Assembly (NCBI GenBank): GCA_905178155.1
Contig: CAJINV010000004.1
Span: 11,081,655-11,145,654, forward strand
DNA length: 64,000 nucleotides
Source of the DNA: Amoebophrya sp. A120
Taxonomy: Eukaryota > Protista > Dinoflagellata
Direction of reading: 5' to 3'
The notes beneath the pieces were generated by a model that did no database searches, was not told the DNA's origin, and worked only from the letters and a program-made list of their open reading frames with translations. The position numbers and the translations under genes are program-made. Shown piece after piece: positions 49,091 through 62,019 of the stretch (positions are counted from its first letter, which is position 1; every line of letters begins with the position of its first letter).

Positions 49091-49778
49091 TCATTGAATC
49101 ACATCTTTCAGAAGCGACGCAAATGCCGAAGATGTGGTGCCACTACTACTATAGTTTTCAAGCAGATCGTCAACGTCACCAAAAGTTTCGCGTTCCGTGT
49201 CAAATTGTTCTTGACGCTTTCGCTTTTTTTCTGTTTGTTTCGTTTTCTCGGTCTTCTGTTCATCATCTTCAACCGCCCCGCCCGTCTGAACATTTTCCTT
49301 TTTCTTTTTCCGTTCCAATTTCCTTTGCAGTTTTCTTTCGCGCTTGTTCTTCTCAAACTCCACGCGCGCGCCCGCTGACACGGAATCGTACCCAAGATTT
49401 TTCCTCTTCGCTATTGGCGCCGGGGCGTTCTGCTTCCGTCGCTTTTGGACTGCGCACTCCGCTCTCGCTTCCTCGATCTGCTTTGCCGTCTTCTTGAGCT
49501 CCTGTGGGTGTAGCGCGAATTAAAAATTTTGTTGTCTTTCAAAACCTATTTTATTATATATCCTTCTTCATGTCAGAATGAAAGTTTGACGGATGAATTC
49601 AGTTTCTCTTCCTTGCACGACAATGGCGATCATGCTCTTTGTGTAAGTAAACATATCAGCAACAAAATTTCTATCTACTAAGTGTAAGTACCTTTTCCGC
49701 CTGTTTTTGTCGCTTTTCCTGGATATCCTTGAGTGAGACCTTGTTGGTCTTCACCTTTCCCAACCTCTTTCGCTTCAT
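49091..49778 (-). CDS. Small Lys/Glu-rich hypothetical protein (2+ exons)
   Basis: MKRKRLGKVKTNKVSLKDIQEKRQK exon and EKNKRERKLQRKLERKKKK exon separated by an AT-rich intron ending CACAG at 49502. Splice phase is ambiguous. Confidence 0.4.
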
Positions 49779-50518
49779 GATTGAGAGTAGGAAGATTCAA
49801 GGAACGATATGTCGCTAGTAACTACAAGTGAGAACCACCAGACTCTGAATGTTGATGTTCTGCATCGACGGGGGACGAGAGAAAATCAGCCTTTGAAGCT
49901 CCAAAATGCCACGAAATATATAGGCTTGTGCACTTTATTGCTTCTATCTATCACTTTTACATGTCGCTGTGGAAAAGAAATTTCATGTTTTCACGTTCAC
50001 CGCTTTCGTTCCTGGAGAGCTTCCTCCTCCAAGAGGTTACACTTTCAAGTGCAACAAAGCGCTTTCAAGAACTCTTTGGCAGCGCCCGAATTATAAACAA
50101 ACTACTCAAGGAGCGACCGCTTAATCGACTTCTAGAACTACTCTACTGGAAGATCGCTTAGCTTTGAATCTGTGTGTGATCCTGATTGATGTCGATCTCG
50201 TTGAGTGGTAGGATTTGAAAATCATGCTCGAACTCAGCACCTCTAAACGCTCCTAGTCCTGTTGACGAGACGCGGAGCAGATACTTAGAAATTTCTGATC
50301 TTACTCGTGTGCGGCGGATCTTGGTTCTCTGGTTCTCGGAAGAACATTTTTGCAGAAAGAATTCGGTTCGGATCAAATCTTCGTTACGCCGTGAACGAAA
50401 CGCGACCAATTTTATGCCGGGTTGTATTAGAAACTGATTGCAGTATCATTTCTGCCCCTCGCTAAGCGTGAGAGCCGATGCCGAATTATCATGATCTTGT
50501 CCTACCGTGCTCTTCATT

Positions 50519-53500
50519 CTAGTCACTATCCGATGAAGATGCTTCATTTTTCTGCGCCATCTTTTTAATGCTGCGTCCGAATGCTGTGATTTTCTTGATC
50601 ATCATACCATTTGCGCTTGTGCTCGTCGCTGTACGACCTGTGGTGCTACTGCCACTTCTCTCCTGCTCCACCTCGGGATAATAATTGTACCCTCGACCCG
50701 TCCCAGAAAATAGAACAGCTTCTTCTGCAAACGGCTCATCCTGCGAGAAGAATCTTTTCCGCGCTGGCCGGGCGTCTTCAGGTGGTCGTGAGGTTTCTTG
50801 GTATACTGTCTCTTCGTCCGCAAAGATGTTCTTGACCACGTCGTGGTTTCTGTTCTGAATCTGATCCTGCTGCACATTATTTTTGCCCTTCAATATCACC
50901 ATCGTCGTAGGACTCGCACTCGGACTGCTGGACGCAGGGTTTAAAATTCGAGACTTTGGCTGAGCTATCGTCACCGACGGCGATGTTGACGCGGATGAGG
51001 AACCGGCTTTGGCTTTGGAGGTCCTGGTTCCGGGTTGCTGAGTGGGCACCGCTGGCTTCCGAGGCAAGGGCTGTACAGCTCCTTGTGCTACAACTCCCAC
51101 GCGTTTCATATTCGCCCCAGTTCGCGAGCTGGAACTGCCCCCTCTCGCGCTCGGACCTCCGGCCGAAGAGGACACGGCGGTCCGCACCGAATCTCCTGCC
51201 CGCAAAGGTGAAGCCAGCTGCTCCGCTCTACGCCTCTGCATCGCGCTTGGGCGGTTTGATTCACTCAAATGGGGGGCGAGGTCGGTTGTCACCATGTGAT
51301 GCTGTACAGGCGAACCAGGACCAGCTTCTTGCTGATTCATTTGAGCTGCAACAGCACCGGCTACGACCTTCGGCGCAGCGAGCCGGCTTGCTTTCACAGC
51401 TGGAACACCAAGATGAACACTGGCATTTTTACTACTTCCAGGACCACGCTGCGCAGCACTTGTTCTACTACCCCTGGATAAATAGTTGGAACGCTCGTTG
51501 CGCGCCTGCGCGAGGTGTTGCTCGATTTCCGCCTTCTCCTCGGAAATCATGCCGCGCAGCTCGTCCGCGACATTGACGTAAGTTTCCCCCGCATCCTTGA
51601 TATCCGTATGCAGCTTGTTTTCTTCGTATTCCTTCTCTTCGAACAATCTTTTCTCTTCCAAGCCTGTCACTGCGGTCGATTTGGCGTCGCTGATGATCTT
51701 CTCTAGCTGCCGCAGTTCCTTCTCGTCCGTTATAGCTTTGGCTCCAGGAGAAGAAACATCTTGTGGGGATGTGGATGAACCGAGCAAAGCCAAAGGTTTC
51801 TTCTTGTCCGGCGAAAGACTCCTTTCGAACCGCGCGGTCGCGATTGCCTGCTGCGCAATGTCCGCTGCAGTGGGGAGAGGAAGCTGCAACAGCGGTGGAG
51901 CTGCTCCTGATGTTGTGCTGGCCTCGCCGGCCACAGCGGCCTGGTCCGCTGCTTGGTCTTTCTGCATTTCGGCGTAGTATCAAATGCAAAAGTGTCTGGG
52001 TCTGGAAGCGTGCAAGGTTTGTCATGCACATTTTGCATGACTCCTGATGTCTGCGATGCATGCCCTAGCATCACAGACCTTGCGAGGGCTTTCTGATGCC
52101 GATACCGCATGAGAAATGCCCTCTCGCCGTGGCCAAAACCAGACCTCTTTTGCTGTTCATGCAATACAGATTTTTGGATAATGCAGACGCAGCATCACAA
52201 GTTGCATTGTTCAAGACCCAGACATTTTTACATTTGATACGTAGAGCCGATCGGCCACGACCACCGCCGACGTCTGCATAGTGTGCTCCTGTTGTGAAGA
52301 CGGCAAAATAAACTCTGTATCGTTTTTGATGCCCCCCGGAGCCAGAACATCAAAGATATCTTGGTCCTGCTGGTCTTGCAGCATTTTCTGGGCCACCATG
52401 TCACACACCCTGCCCGCGCGGTCGTGCAGAGAGAGAATGATGTCGCTGTACTTTAAGTGGCGTTTCTTCAGTTTTTCGTACTTTTCCTGCAATTTGTCGT
52501 ACCCCCCGCCCAAACGGATCTTCAGCTCGTCCCGCTCCCGCTTCATGATCTCAAAGGACTGCTTGTACTTTTGCAGCTGGATAGTTTGCTTGCGCATGTT
52601 CTCCACCTCCGCTTCCAGCACGATGCGCTGATCGCGTTCTTCATCTAGATCCCGGTTCAGCCGCTGCAAGTGCAACTTGAGCCCCTTATCATACGGAAAA
52701 GCACGACGACGACGCCCGTATTACCAGAGAAACAAAAAGATGAACTTGGCAATGATCTATGATGCCTTTATTTAGCGAACAATCTTTTACTTTTTTTTAG
52801 TGACTCTACAAACTTGAAAAAAAATGCTGCACAATCAACGAACTGTCTATGCTTTTTCTGCTACAATGGGTGATGTCAGTAAGTACTTTCCTGTGTGATA
52901 GCCCTTCACCTGTGCCGGCGCCTCGCTTGTTCCATCAGGTAGAAGAAGGTCTTCATCTTCATCCCCATCGTCCTCGCCTACTGTCTCGCGTAATCTCGAG
53001 GACTTCAGCGTCCCCTTCGCTCCAGGCAGGTCGGAGCTCTGCTGCGCACTGCTCCGCTTCAGCCGGTCGCTGTTCTGCTTGGCTAGTGATCTGGGCGTGG
53101 TCAGCTTTTCCCGGACAACGGCTTTATCGGCGGGCGCGTCGTGCTGCTCTTCGGCCCTGATGAAATTAAGCATTTGTTTTGACCACATTTTTATTTTGGA
53201 CCTTATGTTGACATTATTCAACTGGTTAATGTCGAAAGTTTTGCTCGCATCTCTGAGTGCGCCAATTTTGCGCACGACCGAACCAACGCAGCAGGAGCAG
53301 CAAGCGCATATTTATATACCCAACGCTAACGCAGCAGATGAAAGCGGCTATACTTATTACAAATTCATACTTTTTTGCCAACTCCGCAATGTTCTTCGAG
53401 ATCGTGGAGATCTTTCCTCGCAAGTCGCTCCGCTCGGAGTTCATACGCGGCACGCCAGGCTTTCGCGGTTGCTGCTGTCTTTTGCTCACCCCTGCTCGGG

Positions 53501-55400
53501 CGGATAATGGGCCAGCATCGACGCCGGGTCCTGCTCGCGCTGCTCCACCTGCAAATGTCCCCGTCTCCGCCCTGCCCCCGCCCACAGGCATTTTGGTGGT
53601 TCTGCTATCCCTACCGTCGCTACCAGCTGTCGACGTAAAAGACGATGTGGTGCGGGTGACCCTTACACCAGTATCTTGCTCCATCGCCGCAGGTTGATTC
53701 ATGCGGCTGAACTGCAACTTGGGAATGATGGACCGGTCGCTCGACGATGTCGTACTTCTGACCGCATTGTTGCGCCGGCTCGCGCTCGCGGCGGCACTCG
53801 CATTGCTTTGCGCTGCCGGTATTGAGCTCGCTCGTACTTGAAACTGCACGGTGGAGCCGGAACGCGGCTCCTGGGCTTGTTGCCCCACCTCCTGACGACT
53901 CGTACTAGTTTCGCCGGGCGTCGTCCTGCCAGCAGGTGCTTGTAGTTGTTGGGATGAATCGGCGAACATTGCCGCTGCAGTGTTAGGCGAAATGACCGTC
54001 TGCACACTTTCCTTGGAGTTGTTCGGCTTTATCGCTCCGTCGGCTCTACTCGCCTGTTCTTCGTCTTTCTCTTTGCTCAACTTCCGCAGCAGTTCGCTCG
54101 GGCGCCAAGACTGCGGCCCCGATGTGGTTCCACTTCGACTTCCAGGAGACTTGCTTGCGGAATCATAGCGATGACCCGAAGTACTCGTGGTCTCAGCAAC
54201 TGGTACCCCTGCTCCTCCCTCACGATTGGACGCCGACGTCGAGCCCCCTACTTTCAGAGCGGAAATGGACTTCCGTTGATTCAGTACGTGGTGGGGCAGC
54301 GTGTGCTGGTGTTCGTTCAGCGCGTCCAGCACATGCGCGACGCTCTGCTGTTTTTTGGAGGAGCCTCTCGCTCGCAAAATCTCGTCCCGGTCCTCATCAG
54401 GATAATAGAAGAGGTTGTAGAGGGAAGAAGAAGAAGAAGAACCTTTCTTGTTCCTTATCCTACTTCTCGGAGATGCGAGCACGGGCCTCCCAGAAGTCGT
54501 CCTCGGGCGGCCGAGATAGTCGTAGCGCTGCGCGATCCGGCTTCTGCTCGGGGTTCCACCGGGCGTGGAAAAGGCAGCTCGGGTGGGCATCCGCCGGCTG
54601 CGGGAAGAGCCGGGCGTCGAAGTAGTATCATGATTCATTTTGTGCCTTGTTGTTGAAAACAACAAGCCGCTTGATCGCAGCGTGCTGCTCCACCTGCGCG
54701 CCGCTTCGTGCAGAAGCACGTCGTGCTTCGACGTGTGGCCCGTCTGCTCATCTGCAAATGGCTGCGGGTCATTTGCGGTGAGATTGTACTTCTTCGCGCC
54801 ATTCTTAGAAGTATAGCCGCCTGCAGTTTTATTTACAACGCTGCTGGGCCGCGAAGCCGCAGCGAGCTGCAGTCGGTCGCCATCGGAGAGCGACCGCCAG
54901 CGCCTGATCAGTGGGTCCTCGCGCACATAAGACAGTTGCCCTGCTGATGGCGAGCGCGATCGGGACGAAGTCGCTTTGTGGTTACCAGTAACTCTAACTT
55001 GTTCATCCCCCCACGCTCTTGCGGCACTCCGATCCCCATGTTGTCCTGGTGCCGCCACAGGCCTGCGGCGCGCGATAAGCTGATAGGAGTTAGCGTTCTT
55101 CTGCAGCTCTTGTGAAGTTGTAGCAGCGCCTCCATCGTGAAGGGCGTAACTGGCGTTTTGGGCTTGTAACCGCACGATGTTCCCGTCATCCAAGCTGTCC
55201 ACGATGATTTCCTCGACCGCAGTGTCGTGGTCATCAGCGTACTGTAATTGATGATCATCAGCTGCTCCATGTTCATCCGGAAGATCCTCGTCCCTGTCGT
55301 CGCAAAAGATCGCTGGAGCCGGCCCGAGCCCGTAGGCCTCCGGATCGTGGCCGTGGGATTCAAAGATTTGAGCAAGAAAAGGGTCTTCTACGGTGGCCAT
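50519..55400 (-). CDS. Large low-complexity coiled-coil protein (4 exons)
   Basis: ORFs 53226-55451, 52847-53275, 52211-52675 and 50519-51967 join via two GT-AG introns and element 51978-52239 (DRLY|AEMQKD). Confidence 0.65.
51978..52239. mobile_element. TIR introner, family D (262 bp), TSD CGTAG
   Basis: TATCAAATGCAAAAGTGTCTGGGTCT / AGACCCAGACATTTTTACATTTGATA. CGTAG at 51973-51977 and 52240-52244. Confidence 0.92.
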
Positions 55401-56657
55401 TTTGGATTGGATTTTTGTTTGGAAGAGGGCGAGTCTGTGGTCGTTTCTCAAGAATCATATTCTTGTCTGGAAGGGCCTAACCACAACACCAAGAGCCCCT
55501 GCTCTACTTTCTCTCGGACGATGATCGACTTGGCAAGGAGCAAAATACTCGCAAAATCGTACTTGATAACCAATCAAACATTTTTTCGAGTAAGGACGCA
55601 GAGCCACAAGAAAGTTTTTACGTGCACTAGTCTGCATGCTAAAAACCGCACGGACAATGGTTTATTAAAATCGCATCACTCAATCGGTGTCTGTGTCGTA
55701 TCAATGCCCACCACCTCCGGACATTTGTAGCAAGCTGGTTGTACCCCTGCTTTTCCTTTTCGTTCTTGACCAGGATAACATAACAACACCTGAGTTCCGG
55801 GACGAAAGTGAGGTCGTAGGAGAACGCCGGTAATTGAGAGCCAACCAATGCAGTAACAATACTACGTAATACGGCTTTCTCTCTAGTCCTATTTCTTTTA
55901 GTTTTTCTTTTTTCGTAGCTGGTCGTACTTGTGTGCACACTTTGGTGAGTTCAATTATTCGCCACAGGGGTACTGTTGTTGTCGCTCTCGCTTTGCGCCA
56001 ATAAATGTAAGTGAGTATTCTGGTAGGCGCTGTCGCCTCAGAGTGTCCTTTTGCGAACTTGTAATCTTATTAGTGCCTGGATCGGCGGGATTCTATCATT
56101 TACTGCTTTTGACTGAAACGACATCGCTGCTGAAGAGGACGAAGATGGCGAAGCTCGCGCTGAAAAGAAGAAGATGGAGATTGATCCTGCAGACCTCTTA
56201 TTACCTTCTTTGAAGAGAAAGCTGTACATCGGCATCTTCACGAACCACTCGCTTGACAGGGTAAAGGCGCAAGTTGTACTCAACCATGGTCGGACTGCTG
56301 CGCCCCCCGGGCACGATATGGACGCTGTCTCTTGTCTACTTGTGTAGCGAAGTGGAAACTATGGATGCTCGAAGTTGAGCTCCTGCTCCACAATATCGTC
56401 AAAAGCTGTTTTTATCTATTGTCTCTGTTGGAGCTCGACTGCAGAAAGTTGCGTCGGCTTTGAAGCTATCGAATTTAAAAACTATGCTCGAAGATTTTTC
56501 GCTGTATTTTACCTTGTGTAAAAAACTAAAAACTATGCTTGAGAGCTTAAAAAAGCAGAAAGTCTATCGATATCGTTAGACCACGACTCCTTGACACTAT
56601 AGGAATTTGAAAAAATCGTGTTCATTCGCCGAGTCGTGGTCGACGCCCACCGGATCA

Positions 56658-59600
56658 CTAGATCTGGATTTTTCCGTTATCGTCCCCCTGTACGCTGGGC
56701 CCGACCTGCAGCAGTTCCGCGCAGATCTCCTTTATCCTGGGCTCTGTCACTTTGCCACTGATTTCCTGCAGGCTTGCGGCGAGTTTAGTTTGGAAATCGT
56801 ATTTCAGCGAGACACTGGAGTCGTAGAGCACGTTTCCCATCCCGACCAGAACCTGTAGGTGAGGACGAGAAGAATGCTGTGCAGCTTGGCATCTTTTTCA
56901 CATGCAACAGCAGGAGTACAACGACGGACAACAACATCTTACTACAGATAAAAAAACAAGTGGAGGTATCACTATGGTGCGCATAGTGTACGATACCCTA
57001 TATAGCGCTTCGAAGTCCTCCGCCACCGTTCCGTTTTGCAGAACTTTGCCCGCATATAGTTTCAGCAAATCCAGCATTTCTGACCTTCCCTTTAGCTCTT
57101 TTCGGTCCGCAAACACCATCGTCAGGTTCATCAGGGTCGTCGCGAGGCTCACGCGGACTAACTTATGCCAATCGACTTTGTCTCCTGAGATATGCATCGC
57201 AAAAGTAGTATCAAGTCGCACGAATTCGCTACAAGAAATTAAATGTTGACGAGAAACTTTTCTATAATATAAGGAAGAGATGATGATGTGGACTCTCCTG
57301 CCATGCAGATGCAGTTGAAGACGTCGGCAACTCAAGTTTTATTGTCCTCATGCCAGACTGCAAGTCGAGGTTGTACTATGTACGAGTCCGATATTTCTAA
57401 ATTCACTTTTGCGTTGGATATGAGGAACTCGCTATCAGCTCCCCAATCGCTTCCAGCAAATACCCTCGTTTGTCGAACAGCACCGCCCTTGCCGTGAAAC
57501 TCGCAAACACGTTCGCCAGCCACCGCGCGCAGCTGATGCCCAGAGGGGATTTCAAGTTCGTTTTCAGCGTTTTCAGAATGAATGCGATGTAGCTGTAGCC
57601 GCGGTCGGTGCCCTTGAAGATGTCGGCTGAGTCCGGGTGGAGGAGGTACAGTATCCTGTACAAAAGTATCGCACTCGTAGTAATTGCAGTCATGCATTAC
57701 AAATTTTTTTCTCAAGGCCGATCCGCATGACAAATTTTATTTCTCATGCTGGGCTAATTTGTAATGCAATTTCTATACTAGTACGATGCTTTTGCAATTC
57801 ATATACAGGCGCCAAACGTCCACGACCGGAAAGAGTTTCTCCTCGGGCCAGCTGCCGCACTTCTTCCAGATTAAATCCCGTTCCACGGGGCGAAAGGACT
57901 TGGACTTGTTCTGCACTTTTCCCATGCCCTCGTTGAAGTGGTCGAGCTCGATCGAGTCCATGCGCTTTTCCGTGTCGTCTTCTGCGAACTCGCCGTTAAA
58001 CTCGAGGATCTTGCCCTTGGCGGCGTCTAACCTGTGGTCGTGTGAAGGGTAAAAATTATGTGCGTAATTTGACCAAAGTGAAAGTACATGACGGAGAAGG
58101 AGTTGACAAAAACATTTTTACATTTTTGGAGGAGAAGGGTAAGTATACTTCTCGCGCATGCTCTTCGTACAAAACAAAGTTGAAATAGGATGCATCAGCC
58201 TAGCTAGTAGAACAATTCAGTAGTACTTCCCCTGGTCAAAGAAAAGCGGCTGGTCCACGGGAAAGTGCTTCATTTTCGGCTTTCCCGAACTACTTGCCGA
58301 CGGGGTCGGTGCCGACGTAGGTGCTGCGGGTCTACTGCTTGGTTGACTCCTACTATTTGAGCCTCCGGCCGCGCTCGCACCCGCAGCGCCTCCAAGGGTT
58401 GGGGCGGAACTGTTTGTGCCGGTTTGTTGACGCAAGAAGGCGGTGATCTGTTCTATCATGGACTTGTGAATGTTCTCCCTGGCGCAAAACTTCTCGGCGG
58501 TGACTAACTGGTTATCACCCTCATTGTAGGGAAGTTTGGCAGTTTTCCCGCCCTCGCCCACCTCAACGTCAAAGACGTAGTCGTAGCCTTGCTTGGGGAA
58601 GAATTGGTCGCCTTCGTACTCCGTTTTGGGCTTTCCGGTGACCTCGCCGATTAAGTCCCACTGAACACCGTTCCAGCTGTACGCGTGGATGGTCCGCCCG
58701 GTCTTAAACATCTTGATCTCGCCCTGATGTAGTAAGTAGTAAGTACTTGTAGTGGTTTTGAAAAAAGTATCGCCGCTTCTGTATACTGGAGTTCTTATCG
58801 TCGGCATTTACATTTTCCTTCATTTGGAATCTACCAATCATGCCAAAAAAGTTAGTACGTTTTTCTTCCCTCTCACACTGCCCATTTCCGACACATCCTG
58901 CACCCCGTCCAGCGGTACCCCGGCGCCCTGCTTACTTGCTTCCGCGGCGGCCGACACCGCGTCGCTATTTTGCCTCGACCTCAAGTCGTCCGATGCGAAT
59001 CGCACCGGGTCCGTGGTCCATATCCGGACGATGCCGTCCGCGCAGGCGGTGACCACATCGCCGTTCGGGAGCGTGGACACGCCCCAGATCGTGTTGGAGT
59101 GCAGGATGGACTGCAGGCACTGAGAGTTGTCCAAATTCCACACCTTTAGCAGCCTGTCGTCACTGCCGCTGTAGAGTAACTTGTTCCGCTCCGTTGTCGC
59201 GGTATTTTCCGAAAGCGCGAGGTCGAAAATGAAGCTCTCGTGCCCGCTCAACTGGGCCATCTCCAGCCCATCCAACGTCCAAAACTTTATCTGGGAATCG
59301 TTGCTGCAGGAGACCAGGGAGGTGGAGTCGGTGTTGAACAATATTCTGCGCACGATGTCCGTGTGCCCCTCCAGCGTGGTCTTGGGCTGGTCCGCGCCAT
59401 TTTGGAATATCTTTATCTTCGCGTCCTGGGAACCTGAATATATATGTAGTAAATTCACTTTGATGATCAACAACGATCATACTAAAAAGATCACGTACTG
59501 AAGCTGTATTATGTGGTAACAAGGCGTGTAAATCGCGTAGTGGTGCGCAACTTTTTTGGGCGGGACCACCCAATTTTCAATTCAGAGTTTAAGCGTCAAA

Positions 59601-61036
59601 GACCCTGCTCGTTCAAAGATGTAGTTTCAGGTAGTAGACAACTAAGAACCACATCACCTGTCGCGATCTCCCCGGTAGGTAGCAAGCAGAGCGTAACTGC
59701 GTGTGTCCCGGCGTCGATTTTCCGGACCATGCCGCCCGTCAAAATGTCCCACACGCGACACGTCCCGTCCCAGGAGCCGGAATACAGGTGCGCTTGCTGC
59801 TCGACTAAACTGCACACCGCGCCTATTGAGAGGAAAAATCCCCCCTCCCCATATTGAAAAGGCATGTTTCCGAAAATTTGTGTTGCTGATTTGAGCCTTA
59901 ATTCCACCTGATATCCGTAGGCCTCGTTGGGGGTCCCTCACCCCCAACACGCCGAACTTCCTCCTTCCACACGCAGCGTCGGAGGGGTCGCACGTAGCCC
60001 TGTTGCTGATTTGAGGTCGCAAATCACAGTTGTTTTGCAAGAAGACAAGGGCAGAAGCTTCCGCCCCATTATGGAAGCGATTTGTCATGCTGTTGGGCCT
60101 AAAGGCGAGCCGCTTGCCATGCTGAACAACTAGACGCATGCGCCCCTACCTAGCCTGGGGATCTGACCGCAGTGCTTTCCTGCAATACAAAGCTGATTTG
60201 TGTACTCAAATCCAGCATCAGAAATTTCGTTTTGATATGGGGAGGGGGTATTTTTCTTTTTGATAGCGCCTTCGTGGCCCTGGAACGTCAGCATGCGGGT
60301 GCCAGATATAACCTGCTCAGGTGTTACAATCTCAAACGTTACAATAGAATCTGGAATTTGTGTCGCATGATGAGCATGACAGACTCGCACAGCGTTCCAC
60401 CTTTTGCAATACAAATTTCGCCAGATTATAGTGCGGATTGGGCCGCCAGAACTTGTCATGCGCAATCCTGTGGGAGTAGGCTAGGTCATGCACTCTTGCA
60501 TGACAGATTGCCATATTCTATTGTAACGTTTGAGATTGTAACAGCTGAGCGCGTTATACCAGAGTCGAGGTCGATCTTGAAGATGGTTTTTTCCTTGCCG
60601 CCCGTGTAGAAATACTTGTCCTTAATGTCGGCCGAGTCGCATATGGCGTACACGAAGTCGGAATGGTGGTGGAGCCTGAGTAGTACATATTTTTGAACCT
60701 TCTAGTACTAGTAAGTACTTACCTGCCAGTAGCATGCTGCTGCCAGAAGTGAAGCCGGCAACCATTCAGCTCGTTGGATTTTAGTATGATAAAAGAAATT
60801 TTCTCGGTGTCAACAAGAATGCGCGGTTTTTGTCATCAATAAATTCGATTCTCCTACCTCTTGTCCAGGTCGAAGTGCTTGACACTTTTTCCATCTTCCC
60901 CTAGCACAGGCTTGAACAAGCACACCAGCGCGTCGACGCCGCCAGTCGCAATGAAACCGTTCTTCAGCACACAGATACACCGCACGGCCTTCTCGTGGCC
61001 CTGCAGCTCCTGGCAGAGCTCCAGGTCGGCGTTCAT
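56658..61036 (-). CDS. PLAA: Phospholipase A2-activating protein / Doa1 / Ufd3 (WD40-PFU-PUL), 10 exons
   Basis: WD40 repeats (GHEKAVR, GHEGAVCSL, SGSWDGT, GHTDIVR). PFU YDYVFDVEV..KLPYN. PUL EALYRVLVGMGNVL. GT-AG introns 60676-60857, 59434-59657, 58724-58858, 58032-58226, 56853-56996, plus four TIR elements. Confidence 0.93.
57191..57420. mobile_element. Decayed TIR introner (230 bp), TSD TGAGA/TGAGG
   Basis: TATGCATCGCAAAAGT / ACTTTTGCGTTGGATA. Flanks at 57186-57190 and 57421-57425. Join ASSS|GDKVDW. Confidence 0.82.
57652..57803. mobile_element. TIR introner, family A (152 bp), TSD TACAG
   Basis: TATCCTGTACAAAAGTATCG...CGATGCTTTTGCAATTCATA. TACAG at 57647-57651 and 57804-57808. Join WRLY|LLHP. 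Confidence 0.92.
59824..60265. mobile_element. TIR introner (442 bp), TSD GCGCC
   Basis: TATTGAGAGGAAAAATCCCCCCTCCCCATAT / ATATGGGGAGGGGGTATTTTTCTTTTTGATA. GCGCC at 59819-59823 and 60266-60270. Join GHEGA|VCSL. Confidence 0.92.
60307..60558. mobile_element. TIR introner, family C-like (252 bp), TSD CCAGA
   Basis: TATAACCTGCTCAGGTGTTACAATCTCAAACGTTACAATAGAAT / ATTCTATTGTAACGTTTGAGATTGTAACAGCTGAGCGCGTTATA. CCAGA at 60302-60306 and 60559-60563. Join LDSG|TRMLTFQGH. Confidence 0.93.
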
Positions 61037-62019
61037 TCTATCTTCGACTTTTTACTTTAATACAACACTGAATCTGAATTACATGAGCAGCGGTGCTGCG
61101 ATTCACTATTCATTGGGCTGCGGGTAGTTCTTGTGCCCATAGTTCTACTTCTACATAGTATCGGGGAAAAGTAAGTTTTGAACGGGGAAAGGCTAAGGCA
61201 ACGGAGTGGCATTACATTTGTATAATTCAACATAAAGACCACGACGGGGTTGTCGGTGTAGTACATGTACTTCAAGTTCAAGATGAATCAGAATCACCAC
61301 ATAATTAGAAAGTACTATCGGATCTTCCGTATCAATCGGGGACCACGATAATCGACAAGTGGAGTGAGTCTGAGAAAGGTTCAAGTTAAAAAAGGGAAAT
61401 CACAATTGTCGGTTTTGTTCAACATCCAGCGACCAGGACCACAAAACCACGTCCTCGAGCTCGAAGCTGCTAGTAGTAGTACTATCGGCGAATAAAGAAT
61501 ACCTGCACCAAAACGGCACGAATGAAGCATTTTTTTTTTGGTTTGATCACCATTTGCTGATGTAGTTTCCTAGTTGTAGTATATCACGATGTTGGGCTGT
61601 GCAGCGAGGACCGGGAAGATCTTCAAAAATCCTGTATCACTGTTTTTGCTGAGGTCGCCCTTGCTTTGCTCTGCGTCTGAGAACTGTGTCGAGGTTGTAG
61701 ATCAAAAGTAGAACTACTCTACACTAAAAACCACTTGCTTTGAATAAAGACACCACTGATGAACACACGCGAGGACACATAGATGATTGCAACAGCAGCG
61801 ACACACAGACACAATGGAGGACGCCAGATTGTGGTTTATATCTGCTGGCAACCATCAAAAAGCAGCACAATCACAAACAAGGATATGTATGTGATTGATA
61901 GGAGTGCGAAACTACTTACGGGGAAAGTCACTGTGCGACGTAAATCGTGCTCTTATGCTTTGACGATTCGGCACAGTTATATTTGCTTTTGAAACTTTAT
62001 TTCGTGAGTTGTACCAGCT

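Noticed and set aside
49375-49391. Possible 17-nt GT-AG micro-intron (GTACGATTCCGTGTCAG)
   Set aside because: An alternative upstream donor keeps one frame open without it, and all other canonical introns here are far longer.
371-60558. Element lengths as nucleosome multiples (~150 and ~300 bp)
   Set aside because: Many intermediate sizes (209-286 bp) occur, and length tracks family; 21 copies are too few.
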